Below, in pieces: positions 12,244 through 25,650 of a DNA stretch of 44,718 bases; position 1 is the stretch's first letter, and each line of letters begins with the position of its first letter. Position numbers and translations under genes: made by a program. The stretch is from Bugula neritina (Eukaryota; Animalia; Bryozoa). The notes beneath the pieces were generated by a model. That model saw only the letters and a list, made by a program, of their open reading frames with translations, did not search any database and had not been told where the DNA came from. The stretch covers positions 1 to 44,718 of the forward strand of contig CAXIUT010000279.1 of NCBI GenBank assembly GCA_964035545.1, read 5' to 3'.

Positions 12244-13699
12244 ATGAAATTATATAGCAATCCTCAAAAAGATTTAGCTTCTATTAATCAACAAAGAAGA
12301 CGTTAGCCATCCAGTAGCAGTATGATTCTTTGAACTAGCCTTAAGCTGATATAAATAGACCACAAAGTAACAAATTTAGTTTCAAAGTCAACCCATCAGT
12401 CAATCATAATAATCAAATTAACAGTCATAATATTTACTCACAACCTAGTCATATTGCACTTAATGATAGCAATTAAGAAGAGAAACAGAAGTAATCGAGT
12501 ATATCTGCGAAAAGAATAAATAAAACGCCCAGAAAAAAAAATATTCAATCCTGAATAATCTCATTGTAAAGTTAAAGGATGCAATGGTTGATGGTCAAAA
12601 AACAGAGAAGAGGAAGAATATATTCGAAGGCGATGGGCAGAATAGGTCAAGATCAAAGTCACCTCATGAATATCCAAAAGATAATATCAAAATAAATAGT
12701 ATTAATATACCTTAAAATGAAGTAGGGAGGATGTCATTTGGATAAAAATCAAATAAAAAAGTAAATAATATTAATTATCCAATTAACTATCAAAAATAAA
12801 TAGCTAGCAATATTCTATCTAGACCTATTTTGAACGAATCAAGAAAAGAACAATCTCCACCTACTACTTTTACATATAAAGAAACTAATAGTCAATTTAG
12901 ATAACCTTTCAGGTAGGCTGTAAGATAACCTGTTAGATATATGATTTAGTAGTCAAAATATTTGAGGAATCAGCCGGTAAATATGGTTCATAGACAATAG
13001 ACACCAAAATATCAGGAAAATGATCAGAGGAATAGTTAGTTAGATCAAGTTATTCCTTCTCTATTGAATAGAATGAATAGAAATTAAAAATAAATTAGAT
13101 AATTGCGATAATTAATGGAAAGTTTATTGAGATAGCAGAAAAATAAAGACAGGTATATGAAAAACTATCTATAATCAAAATAACAATAGATCAAAAGAAA
13201 AGAACTGTCATTTGAAGAACATTAACTACACCCAAATTCAAAAAATAGTAAAATAAGAGAGGACTATAATGTCAAATAACTTGAACCAGCAGCAAGCCAA
13301 GCGCCTAGAACAGCTAATTTAAGAGAATAAATATCTATGTAAGAGGGTATTATAGCAAAAAAGTCGATATTAAAATTCAAATTCATTTTAAAACACAAAA
13401 ATCCTATAAACTAAAATAAACCAAGTTCACTAGCAACAATAATATCTAAAAAAAATCAAATCAACCATATTTTCTTAACAATCTAGACATTTCTATCATC
13501 CCACATCAATCTCCCTCGCAGTTGCCTAACAGTTCTCCTAGCAATTCTTTTCTTACCAGGCAACATTAGTATAAACGGTAGTGGATTGAATTTGACTCAT
13601 AGTCATAGTAAAACGATTAATTCGTCGAGTATTGGAGTGAGGAGGAATAATGGCGGGAAGAATGGAGGACGGGTTGTGAAGAAGAGTAAGATTTATTGA
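12244..13699 (+). CDS. Hypothetical N/S/K-rich low-complexity protein (contains frame breaks)
   Basis: Long coding-like region from ATG12244 to TGA13697 under TAR=Glu; no domain recognised. Confidence 0.5.
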
Positions 13700-13742
13700 T
13701 AACGGAATGATGTTACTATTGATATATAAATAAATCATATTA

Positions 13743-15690
13743 ATGCAGAACTAAAACATAAGAAAATTAGGATCGTTTTCAGGATACAGGTTCTTTACCA
13801 CGCTAAAAATAGAAGAAAAACTGACTTTTTTTTGTGCCATCTTCTTCCTAGTATACGTCGTTCTTCTGGCTCTTATACTTCTATTCGTCTACAATGGAGG
13901 TACATATCTATTAACCCTAGACAACTTGGATAAAATAACATATCCCACTGACGGCTCAGGTACTCTATGCGGATATGATACTAAGGTGTTTCCTTATGTG
14001 TATTATACATCTGTAACTGATCCTGTACATATTCAACAAGATAGAACAAGAGATTATGTGTGAATAAATGTCCTAAAAACGGAGATGAATCTTTGAGTTG
14101 TAAGCCTACTGATAAGTTGAGTTGTCGGAAGAATGATAATCCTAAATTTGAGTTTACGACACTTATCTGGATCAAGGTGGATATTTATATAATTTAGGTA
14201 GAATTGGATTGTTTTGTCTTCCTACTGATCCGATTCTTAAGTAAAAGATCTTGGATATGAGTGGAACAGCTAATAAATATCATATCTTTTCTGTTATTGA
14301 TACTATCTTGATGACTACTTGGATAGCTGCTCTTATTGGACCTGTTTTTTTCTGTTTGATTCATTTCCAGCCTTATAAAATGGTTCCTTGGGCAGTGTTA
14401 CTAGGAGGAATCTTCAGTATTATATTTGCTATTTTTATTTGGATGTATTTTTATTGATATTTAGTTTAAATGGATATTTTTTGATAAAGCTAATTTTATC
14501 AATCTTTTTCATTGGTTTAGGAATAATAAGTTTAAGAACCATTTTTACTCAAGATAGACGAGATGCATTGATAGTTTGTTCTCGTTTGATTCATGGTGCT
14601 GGTTTGTCTCATGGCGATAAAGATGTTGATGGTCCTGTTGAATGTTCAGTTGCTTAGATAAAGAGAATGGGTAAGCCTTTTTTGCTTATTGTGGTATTTA
14701 TTTTATTGTACATATTGTTTTTTTATATCAATATGAAAGAAGGATTGTCACTTTGGTCTGTTGGATAGTTGACTTTTCATCCTGATCAGGTGTTTAAGAC
14801 AGTGAGAGGGCTAGCAAGTAACTTTTTGATGATTCTTTTGGGAGTACAATTGATTTGGGGAGCATTCTTTCTCAAAGAAGCATGTAATTAAAGTTATATA
14901 TAGTTAATTTTATAGCAGGAAGTCATGCTGTTTATTGGTATTATGGCAAATCAGGAGAACCATCATTTCTTTAATGCACATAATTGCTTCTAAGGTATCA
15001 TTTGGGATCAGTTATTGGTAGTTCTCTTCTCCAAGGATTCTTTTATTTTGTGGATCTTGTAATAGATTTCTTTGACGTAAATAATTATTTTATTTAGTCT
15101 CAGGATAAACCTGGAGATGAACCTGGAAAAGACTAGAATGGAAATTATCTTTAAAAGCCTTATGGAGAGAGTATAGGTTTTTAGAGATAATATTCTAATG
15201 AGGGCAATTGTTGTTGTAATTTTTTCAACTTGATTCGAGGTTAAGCTCTTTCTTATGTCGCATGTCGCATTGACTAATCTTCCTTATTGCGATTCTTCTC
15301 GTTATTGTTAATTTTTGAGTAACAATAGCAGATTTTTATGATTACAGTCAAACAACTAGCAGAATCTATCGGGTCAACATGCATATAGTACCTATGTTTA
15401 TTGTGCTGGTGATAGGCATGTCAAAGATGGGAGCAGCTGCTACTCCTTACTCGATTCTAGTGGTGGCTATTTTGAGTTATTTTATGATAACTTATTTTGT
15501 GGGATATCATGCTTAAAAGATTGAGGGATTGGCGGTATGTGTGTATGTTGAGGATGCCTTGAATAATGGGTAGTTGAAGTAGGCGCCTAAGATAATGGAG
15601 AAAACTTATGAAGAAGATGTGAAGAGTCATTTCCATAATATATCGCTTTGTAATCTTTTGTGCAATGAAGGAACTTTTGCATCTAGATGA
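13743..15690 (+). CDS. Choline transporter-like (CTL/SLC44/PNS1) protein; introns 13900-13920, 14025-14044, 14177-14197, 14884-14903, 15077-15097
   Basis: YPTDGSGTLCG, RLCVNKCP, FCLP, many TM helices, RYHLGSVIGSSL. Confidence 0.88.
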
Positions 15691-15886
15691 TATATATAAA
15701 ACAATCTGTTTGCTATTATTTTTTAAAATTATTATTTATAGTAATTTTATTAGGGTATCGGAAATGACTTAATTAGTGCTTTTTTAATGGTTATTATTTG
15801 AAATGTTTAATTTGATTTATCAAACGCATAATTTGAGTATTTTAAACGATTATTCTGAATAATATTTAAAAGTTAATCAAAGTTCA

Positions 15887-16747
15887 ATGGGAGCAGTTAA
15901 AAGTTCATATTCATCGACTGAATACCTCCTCTATTACATCTAGCGTAAAGAATACAAAAAGATGTAAGAGCTTCTTACTAAAAACCCTGAACTTCTTTAA
16001 AAAATCCTTAAACCAAAAATACAAAGATGACTCCTCTATGTCGGGCCTGTTTCAATGGAAACCTCTAAATGGTTAAATTCTTTATTGAAAAAATGTGGCT
16101 CTAAGGTCGATACAGTCACCGAAGCTGGTGACAATGCTTTGATTGTGGCTATAAGACGGAATAATATAGCAATAGTGAGATACCTTTTGGAGAGAGGAGC
16201 TGATGTCAACTTAGTTACATCTGTGGGATTATCAGCTTTGGATAATGCAAATACTACCTGGATTCTATGAGATAGCTTTGTTGATATATGAGCGAATTAA
16301 ATCGAAAGAGCTTAGAGTTTTGGAGGAGTATTAGGGAAAATGGCAAAGAATTATAGTTTATCGTTATGTTAATTATGAGATTTTTGTTTAGAATTTTGTA
16401 GAAAAGAGTTTAGTTATAAAATGTGCCTGATTTTTTTAACTAAACAGAAAATAGTTTATAAAGACCCGGTAGTTGATCCAAGAGAATCATGGAAACAATG
16501 GACTAAACGTACATTTTACTTCAAAGACCCTCCTCTAGTTGAGAGAGAAGAACTACCTGAAGCCATGCAGCCTCAAAACAGACAATTCGGTAAGATGCGA
16601 CACATGTTGACAAACATGACTATGAGTCCAATGGTCCATCAAAAGCCTAAATTCAATCCTGTTCATTCCAAAGGATATTCTTCTACTTAACTTCAAAATG
16701 CTCCAACTACCACTGCTTAGATGCAAATAAGATAAATTGAAGAATGA
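15887..16747 (+). CDS. Ankyrin-repeat protein with possible N-myristoylation (MGAVKS)
   Basis: TPLCRACFNGN, GDNALIVAIRRNNIAIVRYLLERGADVN, GLSALD; several apparent read indels. Confidence 0.85.
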
Positions 16748-16797
16748 TTGATAAACCTTGTATAATTCAAATTTTAAAACAAGTTATAAAACTGTTA

Positions 16798-17163
16798 TCA
16801 ATGTTCTTTCTTTTTGATTATTTTTTTAGGTCTTGCTTTTTTAGGCGGAGATTGGTATGTTGACTTGGGCAGTTTTTATTCTTCATGTCTGTGATCTATT
16901 TCAATTTCCATGTTGTCTGTGAAGAAGGCTTAATCATAGTTGCTATCGTATTTATCAAGAAATTATCCTGCGTTCATGTCAAGGATGTTCTGTGGGATAT
17001 GCGCTACCATTGCTTTATGGTTATACTCCATTCTTTTGATTATCTAATTTTTTTCTTCTAAATCAATAGATTGATACTCGCAGAGGGTTTTGAGGATGGT
17101 ATCTTCTTTGTCGAAGAGGAAATGATTGAAGTTGACGTTTGAATTGGGAAGAGGCAGCGACAT
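16798..17163 (-). CDS. Small protein (~121 aa), Borealin/Nbl1 N-terminal-like
   Basis: Helix followed by HIPQNILDMNAGEFLDKY, resembling the Nbl1/Borealin_N pattern IPxxLRxMxxGEFLxKY; basic C-terminus. Confidence 0.55.
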
Positions 17164-17368
17164 GATGAGTTTATATGTTTTAGCAATTGAATTATATGAA
17201 TTATGGCGGTCATAAATATGATTATTAAGTCATAAGAGTCAAATAAGTCATAATTATCGTAAAAGATGTGATATAAATGTCCGTTAGAACTAAAGATAGT
17301 ATGTATATTTATAATTAGATAGTGAATAATTGTATTTTTTAGTCATTGTTTGACTATTTGATACAAGA

Positions 17369-18236
17369 TCATTTTTTCTCTTGTATGGATTTCTTAATAG
17401 TTATCAGACGACTGTATTATTTTGCTATTCTTTTGACGAATTAGTCTCTGTATTAATCTGATATTGATAAATCCTTCTGAAAGTTATAAGTTATTCTATT
17501 AGTTATTCTTAGCTACAATATTCTTTTATTCTATCTAGTTAAGAGGAATATCACTCTATTCTGTCGAATGTTACATCAGTTAGTTCTATTGAAGCTATTC
17601 TTTTTTGGGTGAAAGAGGTATAGTGGGTGATAAGACTATTCCTAGGGAGTTGGCTGCTCTTTTGAGTCCTTTTTTGATGAGACAGTTATCGTCGATGGAG
17701 GGGTCTCTGAGGATGTTTTTGATCTATTTGAATTCGTTTTATTCTAGGAGTCTGATTGCCATGTCGTAGTGGTCATCATAGACAGATTATTAGATTTAAT
17801 CATTGACAACAATTTAATTGTTTTTATCTCTAAGATGCAGGAAGACGCAGTCATCGTTACGGCATTAAGCTTTTCTCATAAAATATTTGCAGTATTGTAC
17901 TGTACCAAAAAGTACTCTAAGTCGTGAGCTAAGATGTGAGAAGGCCTAAATAGAAGAAGTGTTACTATTACTGCAAGTGCTGCTGATGATTATTCTGAAT
18001 AGCTGACGTAGGTGGTTATATTTTTATAGTTTTGTTTTGTTTTAATGCTGGTGATGTGTCCACAAGGATTGAAAGTGGAGGTTTGTTTAAGGATGGAGGT
18101 TGCTATTTGTTAATCGTAGGATTGAAGGAACATCATGTTTTTTTTGAGGACTCTTACGTTTCTGAATTTACCTAAAATATGAATAAAGAGAGTAAAGAAA
18201 AAAGAATTGAAAGTTGTTACCTTTGTTATCTTTCAT
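17369..18236 (-). CDS. CNOT4/Not4-like RRM + C3H1 zinc-finger protein without RING; introns 18172-18220 (49 nt) and 17946-17965 (20 nt)
   Basis: FRNVRVLKKNMMF, TYVSYS..SAALAVI, LRVLFGTVQYCKYFMRKAECRNDDCVFLH. 3' end uncertain. Confidence 0.75.
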
Positions 18237-18675
18237 GGGAGCTAGTAAAAGAATAAAAAATATTATAGAATTAGTTCAAAGACAGTCACCGCCATCTTTT
18301 GTTCAAATAAATAGCTATAAACCTTCAAAAATAAACAGCCTTTTTGCTTATTTTTTTATATTTATACAGATAAAGTGATAGGAAGAAAGTTATCAAAAAT
18401 AATTGATGAATTTCTTCTTCCATAAAAATATTTATTAGATATTGAAAGGTGAAATCATAAGTCTTGAGTAAAAATAAATGTCTTACTAGGAATAAATAAT
18501 CTTAGAAGGATTTATTGTAATACTTTTAAAAGTTAGAGAGCTTAAAGATATTTTGAACTTAAAAAACCTATTTAAAAAGCAAATCTAAGATATTTTTTTA
18601 TTGATATGATTTTCTTTGTTGTTTTTATTTCAAGTTTAATTAATTATGTTTGCTTTAAAATAAGATGGAATTCGA

Positions 18676-20193
18676 TCAATATTTTTGAGGAGTTTTCATT
18701 AATTCGAAATCAGCTGCTACTTTTTCTCTTTCTTTCATAGCTCCAAGAATATTAGCGAAACTCCAAGTCAAATCTTTAGCAGACTTTTGAACTCCACTGC
18801 TTCTATCAATTTGTTAAGCGATATGTCCTCCATCAGATTTTACAAATTTATATAAAAGACTCATAACTGCATCTCCTGCTTTGATAGCAGCATGTACTTG
18901 TTCATTCAATGATGCTGATTATGGTAACTTCAATAGTTCGAACCAGGCATCTTTGTCTTGCTTCTTTGAGAAACCATTGTTTTGCATGAGGGCATTTGCT
19001 CCTTGATAAAAAGTTTTGGCGTAAATTGCTGTGAGAAGTTGCCAAGGATTTCCTCCTGCATAAGAATCTCCTGGATATCTTCCAATAAGAATTCCTGGTA
19101 CTCCAGCTTTGACTTCTTGTTGGTTGAGAGCATATTATCCACAGAAAGTTAAAGCAAGAACTTTCATAGTCTTGGCTACTTTCTAATCAGTAATTTCATA
19201 AGCTCCAAAAGATGAGAAAGCATGAACAACTGAACCGTCTTTTTGTCTGTTTGCAGATTCTGTCATGAAGGTACCAGTCCAATGAGCATCTAGGCTTGCT
19301 CTGACGGCACTTTTGGTTGAAGCACATTTAGAAGCATAAGAACTATCTCCTAATGAATTGAAAACAGATTAGCATTTAGATAGAGCGTGAACAAAGGAGG
19401 ATCTTCCCCAGAAGAAATCATTAGATCTGACTTCTTACCAGAGATCACAACCATCAGATTGCCAGTTAGCCATTACCCAATCGAGATCAAATTTGATAGG
19501 ACCAGTTAAAGTATCTTTTACATAGCTGTCTTGTCCAGCTTTCATAAGGACTTCAGCAAAGACGAGGAGAGCTCCTGAACGAAGACCTGGTCCATCAGTT
19601 TGTGGTCTGCACCATCCACCAACATAGACATCTCCGGAAGGTAATTCGAATTTAGGGTTTATTCTTACATCAAATCCTTGTGGATCTGTTTTTCCTTGGA
19701 CATTTTTAACCCAGCTGACATAGGACTTCATTTTGGCTTAGATTTTAGATAAGTCCATATCATTGATTTCCATATATGTCCTCATAGTAAGTGCTCCATC
19801 TCTCATCCAATGATAGTAATATGATCCTCCTGGAGTGCTTCTATCAGGAGAAGCTACTACTCCTCCTTTTCCTTGGATATCGATGTTAGCTTCAAAAAGT
19901 TGATACATTGAATTGAACATTGATGAATCAAAACCCATGCCTCCTGCTTGATCAAAAGTGATGTTGGCACATGGACTTTATCCTGCAGGATAGAAGCACC
20001 AAGGAGTATCGTTTGGTTGTTCTGAAGATTCAACTAATAGACGTGCTGGTTTCCAGCAACAGCTTTTAGCTTAGCATTTCGCTTGATCAATACCCATATA
20101 TCCACAGTCAGTTCTCTAATCTGAGGATACTTCACACTGTTGAGCTATTGATAGAGCCAGTAGAAGGGCTAAAGTGACAATAATCAACTTCAT
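18676..20193 (-). CDS. Secreted glucoamylase (GH15) with N-terminal trefoil/P-type domain, 505 aa
   Basis: Signal peptide; trefoil C..RTDCGYMGI...C..KSCCW...PWCFYP; GH15 motifs GVVASP, YYYHWMRDGAL, PKF, WCRPQTDGPGLR, DLWEE, GRYPGD, AEQIDR..SAKDLTWSFA. Intact, intronless frame. Confidence 0.95.
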
Positions 20194-20310
20194 AGAATAG
20201 ATTTATTATCAATTATATATCATAAACCGAAAAAATATAAAATAAAAAATAAATTTAACATGCTATTATTTTCTTTTTAAGCTAATAAAACAAATGATTT
20301 GTTACTCTAA

Positions 20311-23300
20311 TCATATTGCAAGTATGTTCATCAATCCTTAGACTTTCTCATAGTCACTTTCCTCCAAAAATTTTTATAATTTCTTTTCCATTGTCCTCAC
20401 TCTCCTCCTAATTTCTTCTCTATTACTGCCACTCTAGTTCCCAGTAACAATACAAAGATCTTTTGTCAAATAGATCAGTTCATGAAGTTAAAAGGGAATA
20501 TTACTTCTGACTTTGTATTTTATTTTACAGCAGTTACTAAAAAGTCCAAGAGAATATTATTTGTTACATCTGCATTTAAATGAATTGTTGTAGTATTCTG
20601 ATATTTTTGATTTAAGTTTTCTATCTATGAGGTTTGAGATAGCTGGCAGAGTTGGACGCTAACATGAGGGACATTATGTAGTGAATTTACCTGCTTCTGC
20701 TATGAGTATCTTATTACCACACAGACATTATAAGTCACCCATCAATTCTACGAATTTCTTTGCTTTATCATCTTTAGAATGAGAGATAGTTCCTTCCAAA
20801 ACAGCTTAACCTTATTATTTCTAAATTTGCATTTGTCTTTTAAATTTCTTTCTTGACTAATCTGATAACCCGATTTCCTCTAACAAACGATCATTAGAAA
20901 AATCTTGAAGATGTTGGGTTATTCTTCCGACTGGCTGTAGTAGTTCTCGTTTGTAGTAATCTTAATCTATTTCTAAAGGTCCTGAATCATCATAAAAATC
21001 TTAATAGCTTCAAATAATACTTTGAGAACGTTCATAGGTTCGATCATCAAAACAACACTTGGCCAGTGAGTCTTGACTCTTGATTTTTCCTTTGCAAACT
21101 ATGTAAAAAATAGTGTGATTCACAAGAGTTTAGACTCTATCTCCGTTTCTGATTCTATCCAATGCTACTTTAACATGTGGAATAGTTTCTGGTCGTACAT
21201 ACTCACTAGGTACTTTATTGAGTTGTTTGGAAAAGAGAAATTATTTATAATTATATTTTTTAAACTATTGGTTTACTTCTTGGGCATACTTGTAAATTAA
21301 TTCGTAGTTTTACTGGATTTATCCTTTTTATTAGTTCATCAAAATTTCGAGTATTTTTGTTAAAAATTTACGAGCCAATTCAAATCCATCTCTCCTTACC
21401 ACTTAGACTCCTTTGTACTAAATACTAAAGTTAAGAATTTCATCTTCACCTTTAAGAACTTTTTAAAAGTTATTTAGTTTCCTAGCTACATATTTCTTTT
21501 TCATCAACAAAATCAATGGCTTGAAAATGCCATCAATGTCTATTTCCATATTTTTATATTATTTGTTTATTTCACTTTTTAAACTTACAGCGATCTTCTA
21601 TAGTTAATTTAGTTTGCCTATTTCAGTCTCTTATTCGATTTGCAGAGGTTGGATCATTAGTGAATCAGTATCTCCATATATAACTCGCACTCCACCTGTT
21701 GAACTTACTATATCTTTGGCCTTTAACAGAGCTTATCTTCCCATACGAGTGATAAGGGCAGCCAGATGTTTTGAGTAAAATCTTGAAATTGAGAATCCAA
21801 GACATCCATAGATAGAGTTAGCCACTAGTTTGTAGCATTTCTGTTGGATATCAAGGATAACTGCTTGATCTGCTTTTGCTATCTTTAAGTCATTTTTGCA
21901 TTTTTTACGACGTTGAACGATACTGTCGATTAGTTTTGGCAGAAAACCCCATTTCTCCTTTACACATTATTGCTTTTATGGAGGTATAACTTCTTGTTCC
22001 TCTTATTATACATACTCTCCTTCTCTTATTTGTCTCTCTTTTTCTTTTTTCCTCTCCTTTTCTTTCATCTTTTATTTTTCAGTCATTTTAGGTCGATAGT
22101 AAACGTTAAGAGGCACTAATGGTCTTTTGATAATGCTAAAGCAGACATTATATTCTTTGATAATGGAAGGATATAGTGAGTTAAAGTCGAGAAGTAGCAC
22201 AAAATCTTTATATAAACCTTTGAGTGGGTCGATCACATGTCCTCCTTGATATTTTTTTGTATCAATTTCTTCTTATTATTCTTGTTTATCTTTTCTAAAT
22301 TTATCAGGTATGATGAGGCCTTTTTTGATACATTAGTGCATAATTAAATATTAGTTTCTTTAAGCCCTTTGTATTTCTAGAGATCTTTTCCAGCTATTTC
22401 CACAAATATTACTGAGTTATTTGGTTATTTGTAAAATTTAAAGATGATTCATAAGTTCGAAGGTAATTTTGGCTTCTTATGCACATTTTTTTATTATATG
22501 TTAAGTTTTATTATCATTAAGATACTACAAAGTTTAGTTTTCAGTCATTCCGTGGAAAAGAGTAGCTGGACGAATGTGAGAAGACATGGATTATAGTTCG
22601 TAGTCAATTGATTTTATCATATCTTTTGAGTGCAAAAAAGTATCACAGACCAATCTGCCAGCCATAGTGGTGGCAATCCTTTGGTTTTGACTATTTTTTT
22701 TGAATTATTGGTGATATATTAACCTTCCTAACCTAGGCTTTTCTAACTTATCTCCAATTTTAGTCATTCTTTGTATTAAACAATCTAATATTTTAGCACT
22801 ATCATGACAAACCAATACATCTGGATCAAGCCTTCTGATTTAAGCCTGAAACTTGCCATACATTTGTTTTTCATTATCACAAGCTATATAATCTCTATTT
22901 TTTATTTATCCAAACTGTTTGAGGTAAATTGTGCAGTTCTATCCTTGAGGATTGATGGGTTTCCTGTTAATGGAGTAACGATCACAGAAGTAATAGCTGA
23001 TTGCATAGATATGAAGTTCTTCTATTCGGTTAGTATTAAATAATTTCTTTCTCTTTACTTGACCAGGAATAACTGATTTAATAGAAATACTCATTACTCT
23101 TATTTTAGGAGCTTAGATCTTATCTTTTGGGATAGGCTATAAAAACTAAGGGTCTTGTAGTTCTGCACATATTCCAGATTCAACCCATTTTTTAGATTCG
23201 TTGAGATATTGTTTTTCTATTTGGACCCATCCTGGTCCTTTGATTCCTGTGTTGAGGATCATCAGTTCCAGTGGACTGTAAGTGGTTCCAAATACAGTTT

Positions 23301-23948
23301 TGAAGGTTTATCCTTACCAATCGGGTCTGATCTATTATCTAGGTTCTTTTCCAAAAGGATATCTTACTTTGTAGTAGGGACGCTATTATCTGCTAATTCC
23401 TTAAAGTTAAAATACATATTGTTTATTGACAAATTATCCATGAAAATATTTCAAACCTGCATCCATGAGTCTTCCTCTGATTTATCTCTATGCTCTTCCC
23501 ACAAAACCAGCACTTAAGATGGTTGTATCTTGGTATTAGCGTCTGAGGGTAAAGTAGAGTTATTTTTGACTTTAAGTGGTAACTAGGTTGAAACTTTGAC
23601 CAGATAATAATATGCCACTAATGAATAATTTATGTCCGAAGGGGTAAATCTAAGTGATAAAGAAAGTAATTTTCTAAGGCAATTAGCAATATCTTTTTGT
23701 TTTTACTATTCTTTCTTCTATATTCATTGCTTTATCTTTTTATAAACTGCTTTACAAATCTTGTGGCTTTTTCTTGCGATTGTTGAGAATGTTAGTTTAA
23801 TTTTTAATTTAGGGAATTTATTTAAGCAAGACCTCGTCTTCTTCAGAGTCAGATTGGATTGTTTGTCGATGTTTTGACTAGGTTGTGGATGTATTACGTT
23901 TGAGGGAATCATCCTCTGAGGAGAAGGAGGAGTTGGTTTAGAATTCAT
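20311..23948 (-). CDS. POLA1: DNA polymerase alpha catalytic subunit; 20-nt intron 23878-23897
   Basis: [91 protein letters not shown]-terminal Cys pairs. Confidence 0.96.
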
Positions 23949-24045
23949 TAAATTATTATGCTTTGGCGCTTTTAAAATGTATATTATTTTTTGCTACTTA
24001 ATATAGAAAAGGTTATTAAAATTGATTTTTGATTGATCAATGGTT

Positions 24046-25650
24046 TCATGGATGGATGCATCTTCTCCAATCGACTATGAGGTTTCCTATTTCTTACAAA
24101 AACACTATTTTATTTTTGACTAGATTTTAAATCGACTAAATAAGGTTAATTTCCATTTTGACTATTCTTCCTTAGATATCTTGTTTTCTTTTTTTTAGCT
24201 AATCCAGCGAATGATCATGTTCTATCTCTTTCTACCCAATAAGATACCCTAGCCAACTCTACTAAGATTTAAGTTAATAATATTTATTCATTTCTTTATC
24301 TAGATTTTTGACTTAAGCTGCAGATACAGCTGATAATTTATCAAATTATGTGATAGTTAGAGTTCTATCGCTTTGATCTACCTAGAGATCTTTGAATATC
24401 TATCTGCGTTTATCTAAATTGGATATAATAGCTAGTCTATAATTTTAGAGAGTTAGACAATATGATAGAATAGGCTATGCATTTTTGTAGCACTATGTTG
24501 CTTTTGTTGTGATATCTGATTTTTTGAAAGATTTTAAATAGTTGTAATAGGCCATACCATAATTTTTTAGTTATTTAGCATTAAATGCTATTTATCCTAA
24601 AGATCTGATGTAATTAATGGTTCCATTGTTTTACGTATGATTGATTTAGAATTCTTGGTCAGTTAAAAATTTATGTAGCACTTATTCTTAGCAAATAAAT
24701 TTAGAATTAAGTAAACTATTTAACATTTATTATAATTTGACTTGTCTTTCATTAAGAAATCCTTCATCGATGCCTCTGAAATATGACAAATTCGATTTTA
24801 TTCCTTATTTAGGCGGTAGTTATGGAATGATAAATCCCTAGTATCTTTTGTTTAGATATTTTATTAAATTTTAAAATTATGTGTATCTTCTGTAAGTTAC
24901 TAGATCTTTATAAATTATTCTGTATTTGATTATGGGATTGAAGTAGTTTTGTCCGAATTTATCATAGCCTCTTATTTGGATTTGCTTTTGGTTTGTTCGC
25001 ATCTTCATCAATTGAGCCTAAGGTACTTGGGCAAAAAATTATTAGGAATTGCTTGCCCTGACTAATGTCGATGAACGGTCTTATTATGTTATATTTTATT
25101 ATATTGTTTTGAGGTCTATTTTCTATTATGATTGCTTTTTTGATGTTTAGGGGATTAATATCTTTTAGGGAGTTTAGTTCAATTGATCAGATTTAATTGG
25201 TATTTATCTGTTATTACTACTCTCTTATTCTTTAATGGTTTATTATTTGATATTGTTTTATTTCATGGTTTATTATTTGATGGTTTATGATTATTTTTGG
25301 GATGATTTGATTTATATTTTACTTAATTATTTTTTTTTACTTGATTCTTTGTGTTATTATTTATTCTTTTTACTTTTGAATTTGAGTTTAAAATATTGAG
25401 ATAGTTCTTCTTAACTTTTATTTTTAAACTAAACTTTATTTATCGCAGCTGATACTATATGAAAATATTTTTTGAGTTATTTTTAATTAATGGATTAATC
25501 TTTTTATTGTTGATTGAGGATGTATTGTTCTATATTGGACTTGATCTATTAAGAAGTGTCTACTTTATGTTTAATGAATTCGAGAAGACTTTATATATTC
25601 ATTTTGTATTTTGATTTGAATATCTAGATTGCTTGGTTGAATTTGTCCAT
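24046..25650 (-). CDS. Sorting nexin (PX-BAR-like)
   Basis: PX features RRY..F, GFIIPELPPKE, FLNERQVKLEEMLN..HKFL, followed by a helical C-terminal region; some indels. Confidence 0.8.

Noticed and set aside
2280-16400. Euplotes-style programmed ribosomal frameshifting or pseudogenes
   Set aside because: Residual frame breaks (e.g. ~6730, ~8600, ~10010, ~14150, ~16000) go in both directions, mostly sit in short homopolymer runs and share no AAA-TAR motif. They are absent from the GC-richer 5.8-kb gene. Read indels are the simpler explanation, and other apparent shifts resolved as 20-nt introns.
20311-23948. Family B polymerase as a Polinton/viral element
   Set aside because: Motifs match cellular Pol alpha, it carries a host-type 20-nt intron, and there are no TIRs, integrase or capsid genes nearby.
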